Shown here one piece after another: positions 25,901 to 38,600 of a DNA stretch of 64,000 nt. The notes below the pieces were generated by a model. It had not been told where the DNA came from, did no database searches, and was given only the letters and a program-made list of their open reading frames with translations. Each line of letters opens with the position of its first letter. Position 1 is the first letter of the stretch. The stretch is from Octopus bimaculoides (Eukaryota). Made by a program: the position numbers and the translations under genes. The stretch spans positions 94,348,078 through 94,412,077 of the forward strand of contig NC_068990.1 in the NCBI RefSeq assembly GCF_001194135.2, read 5' to 3'.

Positions 25901-28900
25901 TTTTTACCTGTGTTTCTTTGTTTATTTTACTTTTCCTCAACTAGGTTCCAGTGACATTAGAAATTTGTTTTGTTCCAAAGACAGAAAATGTCAGCTTGTA
26001 TCCGGGCGTTTATTTATTCTCAGACATTTCACGTTTAGTGCGGCCAGTCCTTAATTTAACTTGGAACAAGTTAGAAATGATTGGAACTTTTGAACAGATT
26101 TACCTGGATATTGCTGTGAATGCTGACAGCATTCATGATGGGGTAAGTTACAAAGAATTTCCCATGTAATATCTTAGGGAATGGAATCTCTTTTAGTTTC
26201 TATTGTAAACTTCCAAATAGTCGCTATTGCTTTTCCTTTAAATGTATGTATATGTGTTTTAGTAAATTGTGTATGTGTGTGCATGTGCACATGTGTATGT
26301 AAAGTGGTCAGCATTAGGAAGAGATGTTAAATAATGATGATGATGATGATGAGTTTCTCAGCCTCAAACAGGCAAACTAATAGCATTGCTATAGGAGCCA
26401 CATGTTTGTACCAAGGTTTCATCTCTCCCTAGCCACTATGGAATATTTCTATTGCATTAACAACACTACATTGTATCTGTGTCAAGGTATTTAACAGTAA
26501 TGATAATACAATTCATCTATTTGTATATAGTTAATGCAGGGAATGCATATCTCACTGCTATAAACAGCAGTGCTTTGTTAGTCTCTGGTGTCTTGTTTCA
26601 ATTTGTCTTAGTGTTCACCGATGAATTCAACTCCCCATCCTGTATTTATAATGGTCAGAGTCTAATCTAGTTTGCCCTAGACACATTACATATTGAGGTT
26701 TTATACAGTGTCCATAACCTTTCCCGGCCCTCCTCATCTGGTTAGGTCAGTGATGTCGATGTCCAGTTTCAACATCTCTGTGTTAGCATGTACATGAAAT
26801 GACTGTGCAGGGAGGAACTTAAACAGGGATATTGTTTAGGGTGGGACCTGAGCCATGAAACATAGTAGAGCTTATGAAAAGGGAAACATGTACTGGACGA
26901 GGCTGAGTGGAAGGAGACTACAGCTTCTTAATTCAGAAGAACAGGGTACAACCGTGGCTTTGTTAGAGGAGACAAATAGAAGAAACAGCATGTTTTTGAG
27001 CTTGTGGTTAAGTATTAGGGAATTAATCTGTGCCAATCAACCAATCAAGGATGTTCTTCACAATGTGGTCTATATTCTTACCATTGTATAATAAGACTGG
27101 TTCATAGATCGTGTCCTGTATTATGAATAATAATAATAGAGTGTAAATTAAAAATAATAATAATACTTATAATTTTTCTCTCAATATTTTATAGATCACA
27201 ACTCACATGGAATTAAAAGAACAAAATATCCTCAGCCTTTTAGCCAATCTGATTCCATTCTCTGATTTTAATCAAAGTCCCAGAAATATTTATCAGTGTC
27301 AGGTAAATATCTGTTTTTTTATAACCTTTTTATAATCATATTTCTAAAAGTACACTGTATTGTATTGCAATTAATTTTTGAAAATAGTCAAGAATTTGGG
27401 GGAATTTAGTAAATTAACTTTTACTGTTATTAAACTGGCATTTAGAACACCAAAATGGTCTTGCATAAGATTAAGATAAAAGGGTTTCAATTTAAATATG
27501 AATAATTTTAATTTCAAGGTTTTGTATCATTGAAGTCAAGTCAGTCTGAAAAGAGTGAAATATTTTTGGTTGTGCTGGTGCTTATAATGTCGTATATTTG
27601 TTTTTAATGGTTGAACTTAAATTAGATAAAGCTATAGATAATGATTTCAAATTTTGGTGCAANNNNNNNNNNNNNNNNNNNNNNNNNNNNNNNNNNNNNN
27701 NNNNNNNNNNNNNNNNNNNNNNNNNNNNNNNNNNNNNNNNNNNNNNNNNNNNNNNNNNNNNNNNNNNNNNNNAAGGATGAAAGGCAAATTCAACCTCAAT
27801 GGGATTTGAATTAAGAATGTAAAGACAGATGAAATAACACTAAGCATTTTGCCTGGTGTGCTAACGATTCTGCCAACTTGCCGCCTTGACGATTCTACCA
27901 GCTCACTGCCTTAGATTAAGTTATAAATAAAAGTATGTAGATATTGGCTTTAAAAAATACTACATGCTATTATTCATAACTTTATCTTCTTTGAGTTGAA
28001 CTATTAAAAACAAATTATTTCATGTTCTCTGAAAGTTTCTAAATTCTTATATATCTTTGTATATGTTATTTCCATTTCAGATGGGTAAACAAACAGTTGG
28101 GATGACACCATATGCACTCTCTTCTAGAGCAGACCAAAAGATATATCGTTTACAGACACCACAGAGTCCAATAGTCCGATGTGAGATTTACAATGATTAT
28201 CAGATGGACAATTACCCTTTGGGGACAAATGTTATAGTTGCTGTCCTTTCATACACGGTAAACTTGTTATCAGTTCTATATTTTCTTTTATATTCTTAGT
28301 TTCTTTTGTATACAACTATCTCAACTGTATTTGAATTTATTGTCATGCTACAGTCCAATTTATGTTGGAAGTATCCATAATATTAAGTTCATACAACTCT
28401 TGGTTATAATCTACAACTTTATGCAGTGCTATATAATGCTTGCTATTCATATTAAACATGCATTTTTGCATAAAATGAATTCGCTGTGCTTCTAAATCAC
28501 CAACATAAGAAGTCAGTGGTGTATTTCTTAGAAAGTTTATTATTTAATTTGGCCTCACAGCTTCATTACACACATGGTGTCCCCTTTGTCGACCCTTGTT
28601 AGCTTAAAGCCCCTGTGAGTGAGTATTGCCACCCAGGTTCAGTATCATGGGTATACATTGTAGTATTCTCTACTCTCTGGTTCTGAATTTGAAATTAACT
28701 GAGAACAGTCACATTTGCTGAACTCTTTCATATTTTTATGGTTGAACAATGCTGCCTTTGTTTCACTTAATTTGTAGAATAATGAAGAATTTAGTAAAAG
28801 AACTTTGTCATTACTAGTCTGGTGTTTGAAACATAAATTAAGATGAAATTCTGATGGAAGGTTTCAATTGAAATCACTTTAGAACAAGATGTTTGTATCA

Positions 28901-31900
28901 TAGAATCATGGGCAGTCTTTGGTAGATTGGCATCAAAAGGTTTATCTTCTGCCAGCCATGGCTTGTTATTCATAAGTATTTGTAAATTACTGATTTGGTA
29001 AATGTTAAGGGTATGGATTGAAGTTGCTTCTCTTATATCAGCATTTCAACTAAATCTTAAATATTGGATACAATATGTTCATTGATAAATGTGTTCTTTT
29101 TTTTCTTTATTTCTTACAGGGTTATGATATGGAAGATGCCATGATTTTAAATAAAGGTTCAGTTGAACGAGGATTTTCTCATGGCTGTATTTACAGATCT
29201 ATAGTAAGTAGAAATATGTAAATGTATATCTTTTATCTTTTTTTATTTGTTTTGGTATTTGGACTGTGGCCATGCTGTAGCACTGCCTTGAAGGGTTTTA
29301 TTGAAATAAATCAACCCCAGTACATATTTTCAAGCTTAGTACTTATTCTGTTGTTGTTCTTGAGCAAAACTACTGAGTTATGGGGACATAAACAAACCAA
29401 CACCTGTTATCAAGCAATGATGGGGTTCAAACACTAACACATACATATATAAATGACTTTCAGTTTCTATCTACCAAATCCACTTACAAAGCTTTCGTTA
29501 GCCTAGGGCTATATTAGTAGACACTTGTCCAAGGTGAAGCCCATCATATATGTTTATATATGTATGTGTTATTTGTGTGTCACCTTGTCTAGACATCATG
29601 TGATGGTTGTAAATGAGCATCACTGTTGTACAAGAGAGGTTGTTCATTTCCAATCTTCTGTAGAAACATACCTGGTCATGGAAAATATTACCTTGTTTGG
29701 AAATAGGTGACAGGAAGTGCATCCAGCTGTAAAAAAAAAAAAAATCTGCCTCAACAGTTAAATTCTGATGGCTACTGCTGTTGCTACTACTGCTACTGTA
29801 AGATTTCATGCTAAGACCATGAACTGGCAAACTACTTTGCTAATTAATTCAAGGTGTAACCCATTTCCTTTAGGTGATTTGATGGGTTGTTTTACCAACT
29901 TTCTGGAAATGAAGTCTGATCTATTTCGGACCAATTCTCTATGTTCTGATTTTGTTGCTGGCAATTTTGAAAGCTGAACTGTTTAATGTTATGATGAGGG
30001 TGGTGTTTCCCCTGAAAATCCTGTGTTATGTCTCCTCAATTTTATGTGCCACCAGTACTTGTAGAGAAGGCACTTTATAACTCATAGAGCAACTGGGCAT
30101 TCAGAGAATGGAGAGAGAGAGAGAGAGAGAGGGGGTGGTGGTGGTTTTTAAGTGAGGTATTGGGTGGAGTTACAATATGATATGAGGAAAGGATTTATTG
30201 TTGTGAGGGGTTTGTAGTGGAGAGAGTAACAGAGCATGCAGAGGAGGAGGAGTTTGCAGAACACATTCTCAAAGTAACAATACCCAAGAAGGTGATTAGA
30301 AGAGAGCTTAGTGGCAGAAGAATCAGGGATCACTATCATTATCATTGTTTAACATTTGTTTTTTGTGCTGGATGGTTTGACAAGAGCCAATGAGCCAATG
30401 AGCCAAGCTCCAATGTCTACTTTGGTATGGTTTCTACAGCTGGATGCACTTTCTTGTGTAATGATCTCACATTTTTTTTTTCATATTTATTTATATTTAT
30501 CTTTCTTTTTTCTTTTGAAGAATATTGATTTAAACAGCAGGGAAATGGAAAACTCAAATTTCATATTCAGTAAGTGAATGAATCTTACTTTATTTTTGTT
30601 GGTAATTTTCATCTTTATATTTATATAGAGAAGGTAAATTTATTAATTAGAAGTGTCCTAACAACAACATCATCATTCTCCATATTTTTCTCTGTTCTAT
30701 AAGACAAAATATACAAGTGAACAAAGTTTTAAAGTGTTTCGGTAGAAAACACACTAATTAAACACTAAATAAAAAATGGTGTCCGCCAAATAAGAAAGAT
30801 CCAAATTTATTAAATTCTTATTCTAAATTTTGATGTCTAAGGTTGATTTTTATGACATAATCTGCATTTTCTGTTGTAGGTAATGAGGATGAGATTCCAG
30901 GTTTGGATGCTGATGGTCTTCCACCTGTAGGAACACATCTGGAATATAGTTCTCCTTATTACAGGTACACATTTACCTATTCTGCTTTTTCAGCTTGTGT
31001 GTATGTATGTCAATGTGCAATAATATCGATATCCCATGGGCTCTTTGTCACTGCTTATGTGAAATGATTGATTTGATGCTTATATTCCTCATTGACCCTA
31101 TGAGACACTTTAACCCTCATCTCATAGCATCGAACTGCCTCCCTCTCTGCTCTATCCTCATTTAGTCAAAGGGAACCTTAATCTTGCAGGCTGCGTGATG
31201 ACCCCACTAGTGCTGGTGCCATGGAGAAAGCACCTTGTACATGCTGCAGAGAAGTTGGCTTTAGGAGGGGGATCCAGTCATAGAAATGATGCTATGGCAG
31301 ACATTGGAGCATGATATAGTCTTGGGACTTATTGGATCCTGTCAAACCATCCAATCCATGGAACAGCATGGACTTTAAATGATGATGATGACAACAACGA
31401 CAATTCTGCATTATTAAAGACTTTAGGAATAAAACCCCACTTACTTGAAAAACAGATAATGGTTGGTGACAGGATTTGCATCCAGTCACAAAATCTTACC
31501 TTAAATAAGATCCTATCCAACCCATGCTAGCATGGTAAACAGACATTGAACTAACAAATGAACTGACTCTATGATTCTTAACTTGAATATCCTGGCAAGT
31601 TCAACTTGGATTTTCATCTCTTTACAATAGAATACATAACTATAAAGTATTGTTTCTTGTGTTATAATTATTGTTTTTATTTTTTTACATTTAGTTACTT
31701 CAACCTGGAGACATCAGAACAACATACCGTTTATTACCAAGAAAAGGAAGAGGCATATGTTGACCAAGTAAAAATTTTGGGCAATGACACTGGCACAGGG
31801 GAATTAACCAATGTTATCATTGTATTAAGAGTACCAGTATGTATATGATCTAAAGTAATATATATATATATGTATATACAGCAATAAAGTTGTTGATAAT

Positions 31901-32610
31901 GTTGCTGGGGTGATTTGAATTAATATGAGTGTAATGCAAAGATAGTGGTAGGTAGATCAAGTGTTATGTTCAGGAAGTTGACTTTTTATTGGGCTGTGTT
32001 CCACAGATTTGGAAACATGGGTTGCTGAAGAAGCTTTGAAGGTTCTTATAGAATCTGTCTTTGAGTTGAAGGTTGCAAGGCATAAGGATTCCTTTTGGAT
32101 CAATAGCTCTCCCACACCCTGCAAGTGATTCAGTAGAGAAACCTCCTGCATAACATCAAAGCTTCCATTAAAACGAAGTTTATACTATGATGACAGCCTC
32201 CTTGCTATCAACAATTGGAAATGTCAACTCAGACAAATTCCCTAAGAATTTTCATAACTTCATAAACAAACCACGTTTCTAAATCTCTGTGGAACACAGC
32301 CTCTTGAAAGCCAACTTCCTGGATGTAACACTCGATCTATCTAAACTAAATAGATCATTACATCCTTGTTCACTCAAATCACCCATCCTCAACCACCTTA
32401 GCCGTAACATCTATTGAAGACGTTCCTACCTTTCAGCAAACATACAAATCTACAGAAGCTGCACCATGCAGCAAAGTTGAAACGGATAAAATTACTTTTA
32501 TAGAACCCACACTACTAATATATAAAAACAAAAACTGAAAAAAATAAACATTACTTGGTTCAAATTTCCATACAACACACACATACACACAACCATGTTT
32601 CATGTTGGCG

Positions 32611-32646
<36 letters not shown>

Positions 32647-35600
32647 TTTGGAATGTTCCATTGGCTCCTTCCTCTTGAATCTCCTGGTACTGTCCATCCA
32701 CGTTGTTAAATGTGGATGGACAGTGCCAGATTAGTTCACTTAGGTAAGAGAAGCTATCAACCACTTCTATAAAATCTTCTGAGCATTACAAAGAATTGAT
32801 TTTATTGGTTCTCTGAGGTCTCACTATTCCTGTACATCTACTGTCAGTCTGTCTTTGACTCTCTTGTGCATCCAGAGGTTACACTCGACAAAACTTCTCT
32901 CTCCTCCTCCTCCTCCTTTTCTGCATGTTGATCACATTCGTTTCTTTGATGCCATCAGTATTCTGTCTTCTTTTCGACTTACTAAAACCTTAGTAAGTCT
33001 TTTACTCTGAGACCTTTTGATTCTAGGTTTCAGTCCCAAATTTGGAATTTCATCTCTAAATCTTCCACAGTCTCTGCTATAAGAACTGGTCATGAGCATT
33101 TAGGTGCTCCCACAGGCAAATGGTCTTAAACTCCACTGTTATGGTCTGGAGGACAATAATAAATAAGAGAGCTGAAACCTGACGGACACCAACTTGCACT
33201 CTGAATTCCTCACTGAACTCATTCTCAACCCTCACTTTGCTGACTGCATCTCCGTATATGACTTACACTGCTCTCATCATTCTTCAAATTATAGTTTTCT
33301 TAGTGACTGCCAGACTATAGATCATGGAGTTTTGTTGATGTTCAGTGCTGGGAAGTTCAGAGACATGTTTGAAATGGCATGGCACAATCAGAGCAAACCA
33401 TGATATTATTGGTGGCATCGCTTTGTGATGAAGAAGTTCACTTCTCAACCTCACGGTTTTGGGATCGGTTCCACTAAGTGGCACCTTGGACATGTATTGG
33501 TAGGCAGAAACTGAAAGAAGCTCAACTTCTGTATATGTGTGTGTGTGAGAATATGTGTTTGTTTGTGTCTCCTTGACGTTACGTGATAGTTGTAAATGAG
33601 TGTTATTGTCATACAGGCTGTCATTTTCATTTCCAATCCTCTGCAAAAATATGTCTGGCCATGGGGAAATATTATGCTGCTTCAAAGAAGAATTAAATGT
33701 GTCGACAATAAACCTTTTTCTATGAAAAAAAACTTTTAAAAATTTTTTATTTTTCTTAGAGAAATCCAATTATTGGTGACAAATTTTCAAGTCGTCACGG
33801 ACAGAAAGGCATCTGTAGGTAAGGAGTTCTTGTCCGTTTTTTGTTAAACCTCACTCATAATGTTTTTGCATTCACTAACCCACAAACCTTCAATTTTTTA
33901 CAATTTCTTTATGCTCATGTTATTTTTATGACTGTCAACCTGCAATTATTTAAAAGAAACATTAACCACATCAGTTTCGCTGGCATCAGATGACCGGCAA
34001 AGGTCACAGGTACAGTCCCTTCCTCTAGACTAATGGAGTAAAAAAATGTATGTGCAATTATTTAAATTGACAAAAATTATTTCCCCTCATGCTAAATGTG
34101 AAAAATGAAGTTGTAAAATTTAACTCTTTTGATACCAAACCACCTGAGATTGTCCGTTTTTAATGTGATCTTCCATCGAAATTGTTTGTTAATTTATGTT
34201 CAAATGCCAGATTAATCAAGATAAGCTATATTATGAAATTGTCCATTATTTTCAAAATTAAAACAAAGGCAATGTATTTCAACACAAAAGGATTAAAAAG
34301 TATTTAACAGAATTTCTATTTTTTTTTTTTTTGCATGTCTCTAGTTTACATTTATCCACAAATGGTAGGATTTTAAGATGATAATTCCAAATCAACTAAT
34401 AGTGTTTGATCTTGTTTCCAGTATACTTTGGCCTTCTGAGGACATGCCCTTCACTGAAAGTGGAATGACTCCAGATATTCTTTTCAATCCTCATGGTTTC
34501 CCATCTCGAATGACAATAGGTAACTCCCACTTTTCATTAAAACCTGTTATTTTTTCAAAATATATATAAAATCAGTTCTTCTTGCTTGGAGTGAGGTGGT
34601 GGGGAGTATGGTAACATTTTCTTGAGACGTGTAGTAGTTGTGTCTTTGAGCTGTTGAAAGAAACAAGATTGGTATGAATATATTTTCTGATGCCTTTCAT
34701 AATTATTTCTAATTCTGGTACAAGGCCTGCAATTCTGAGAGGAGAGCAGTTGTCAATTACAAACACTCAGCACTTGATTGTTTTTTTTTATTTTATCAAA
34801 CCCCGAAAATTGAAAAGCTAGATTAGCACAACCCTCTTGAGGGTAGGCCATCCACAACTATTTCTAACATAGGTGCAAGGCTTGAAATTTTAGTGAAAGA
34901 GGTTAGTTGATTAAATCAACACCAGTACTTAACTGGTACTTATTTTATCGACCCCAAAGTTGACATCAATGACATTTGATAAGCTCAGAACATATGGGGG
35001 TACATTCCAGAAGTTTTGAGACTTTTTTAGGAGAGGCAGTTACAACAGTCCTAGATTATTGTAATTTTAGTATATCATTACTATACATTTAATAAACTAA
35101 ACTGCCAATTTTTGTTATTCTAGATTGAAGGAGATGGCTGTAACAGCACTTTGAACACTTTCTATTAAACACTGCATGTTACAGCTAGCTGACTGGCAGA
35201 ATGCAGTCGGGATGTGAAGACAATTTGGAAGCTTACGATGCCATATAGTTTTGCGTTATTAAACTGGGCAAAACCCACCACACAAACTTATGAATTGCTC
35301 TATACTGCTTTCTGGATTAACATGTTATGAGGCAAGCAGATGTATTCTGTTGGCAGAAGCAGCCAAGCAAAGCATAGCCATCAGGAAGCTCATGCTGATC
35401 CCATTTTTGGACAAGTGTATCATTTACATCTTCTGGGTTCTCACTGGCCAGACAGTCAACTAAGAGTGAAGGTTTTGAGGGAGTTCAGGAAGAGATTTCA
35501 TTGCAAACAGCCAGATCACCGATACCAGAACAGTGCACCAGTCCACAATTATCAACCTGTCTGAAACTGCTCCTAGTTTTATGATACAAACTTGCTGTTT

Positions 35601-38600
35601 TAACCATTTAGACCATCTGCATCTGGCCTAAATATTCTATTTGGTTTGTAGTCAAAATATCTAGATCCAGCCTCTCACACCTACCCTACAATGACGTTGT
35701 GAAAATAAACAATCACTTCATCAAAATCTCAAAGTTATAAGATAGTCCATGATTAATTCAAAACTGTGAATAAATAAGTGTTTCATTTGATGGAGTAATC
35801 TGGGTGCTGAAGGGTTAAAGTGATTTAAAACCTTCCAACAAAATTTCATATTAATTTATGTTCCAAAACCAATTTAATATAACAGTTATTTTATTTAATT
35901 CTTGATTTTATTTAAAACAGAAATCTGGTAATGAAAGAGTTAAATGTATTTCTTTTTCATTACAGGTATGATCTTAGAATTTATGGCAGGAAAATCTGGT
36001 GCTCTGCATGGCATGAGTCATGATTCTACTCCATTCTCATTCAATGATGACTATACGGCATCAGACCATTTTGGAAAACTACTCACTGCAGGTTAGTTTG
36101 GTTGGAGAAACACGAGTTGCTTTCATCTGTGTTGTTTTGTCTCTGCCATTAATGTGTCACTTCTCTATAGCCGCCAGTCTTGCAGTACGACCACCTCTTA
36201 ACCATCCTGATTCCGGAGACTGTCCCTCATTATATGACATAAATTCTCTGTTTTAAAGCAATCTAAATTAAAACTTTTTATTAAAATTCCATATTTATGT
36301 TCCAAACACTAGCTTCATAATCACTGACATATTAACTACTTTCTAATATTCTTTATTTCTTTTACAGAATTAATTGAAACAAAGGCATTGATATATTTGA
36401 ACAGAAATACTGTTATAAAAGGGTCAAATAATAATTCTATACCTTTATCCTTCATTATAAATATCCATTTCTTTCTGGTAATGTTCCAGGATGGCTTTGG
36501 CTGTAACAATTAAAACAACTTAAAGATCCTGCCATATCTTTGTATTCGTATGCATCCTAAATCATGGACAAAGCTTTGCTGAATGAGGAAAGAAGCTTGC
36601 TTGACACACATGAAATCCTGCTTTCAATCCCATTGCATGGCATTTTAGGCACATGTCATGTTTATGTCCTGGGGTCGACCCATTGCTCTGAATGAAACTG
36701 GTTAGATAGAAATTGTATCGAAGCCCATTCAGTGGATACAGCTGTGTTACACACTGTATCATGGTTATTCTGTTTGTGTAGATCTGGTTCAAATATTCTA
36801 CCTGCTTTATATTCAAACTGGTCAGATCCAGGCTCTCACACCTACCCTACAATGTCATTCTAAAAATAAACAATCACATTATCAAAATCACAAAGCTATG
36901 AGATGGTGTATGATTAATTCAAACCAATGTGAATAAATAATTTGGCTGAATCTGAATGCAAAAGGGTTAAGAGTACACGTGTGTGTGTGGAATGCTCAAC
37001 AACATGGAATGCTAATTCAATGAGCAGATGATTTGGTCAATTGTTGAAACCTGCAGAGATCTGTTTACTACGTTATCTTAAGCCACCTCAGCTGTGTGAT
37101 TGAGACTATATATTAATATGAGTAATAAAACATAAGCTTCATCTCCAAATTACATAAATGCTTTCTCTCTTGTGTTTAACCAAGTGAATTTCTTTTACTA
37201 TTTCGATGCTTCATTTGAGAATTTCTTTAATTTTTATTCATTACAGCTGGTTACAACTTCTATGGAACTGAACGACTCTACAGTGGGGTCACTGGTGAGG
37301 AGCTAGAGGCTGATATCTTCATAGGTATTGTCTACTACCAGAAATTGAGGCATATGGTTTCAGACAAATTCCAGGTGAGATTCACATATAGGTTCTATTT
37401 TGATTTCTTTTGTCTTTGTCTTTTATGATTTATCACTGTTATGGTTGCCTCTAATCTATAAAACTGAGGATGTGTGTGTGTGTAAACCCACAGAACTTCT
37501 GAGGTTCACAACTGATTTTCTCTATACTGGGAACATACATTACTTATGTTCCAGAGATAGTTTTAGACTCTTAAAATTTTTTCCATAATGAGTAAAGGGG
37601 CCCCTGGGGACAGAAAACTCCCTTTCTTGGGGTACACATGGTCCACACATTGCTTCTGTTCAAACTGGAAAAAGCAGCTACTGAGATGATATAAGTAGGT
37701 TGTATTAAATGGACAAACCGATGTAGACTTCAAACTGCATGGCCTAAGTGGCAGCAATAATAGCTTCTTCTTGTAATGCCATAGATAGCAATTTGCTGGA
37801 ATAAAAACCGTTTGGAATGCACTAAGTTTATTATGAAAAATATGTTAAATCCTGAGCAACTATTCAACTATTTTCTTTTAGCTTCAGTATCAAAGTCTTT
37901 CTTCTAAGCTTAGATGAAACCCATACAAATATTCTTCAGCTGTTGATTACAAACTGAAATATCGCATGTCCATTAACCTACTAATTTATGGTGTCTAAGA
38001 CCCAACCATGTATGTTAGAGACTGTGTCTTTAATATGACCTTACGTACCCTGGTGTTGCATGCAGAATTATTTTCATTTGGGAGCTGAGTTGTCCTCACA
38101 ATGGTGTCATGCTGTTTACGTGAAGGAGTGCATGGTTGAGCCACAACTATTGATTCCAAACTGAAATATTGCATGACTGTGGGTTTTCAAGTGCTTCCTG
38201 GCAACCCCCCACCCCCTCGCTTACCACATCATTTCTTTCATGCAGATTTCTCTCATGTGGTGCTGTTGAGCGCACCCACAGGCTTAATTTTTCACATAGA
38301 TGTAGTTCCTATGTCTGCTGATTGTTCAATGTGGTAGCAGCAGCTGCAAAGGAGAGTATATCCACTGAGAGCTTTTAGGTGCATTCAAAAATCACATATC
38401 CCCCCATCCACTTCTCTATGACATGGTTAGGGCCTGGAATATTCCAAACAGATGCATAACATGTCACTTACTCAAATTAGCCCTTCATTTAACCCACAAA
38501 TGCTTTGTTGTCAATGCTGCACTTCTCCAGTATCACATGTTTCAACTTAACTGTACCATATATACAAACTGTGACATTTCAATCCCAAGCAACGCTGGGT

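Noticed and set aside
30620-30760. Alternative candidate for POLR1B exon 23 (KVNLLIRS... or KCFGRK)
   Set aside because: It has in-frame stops or the wrong phase; 30521-30569 fits the phase and the IDL motif.
33284-33769. 161-aa minus-strand ORF
   Set aside because: It runs through a SINE family B copy and a CA repeat, antisense to the POLR1B intron 25/exon 26 boundary.
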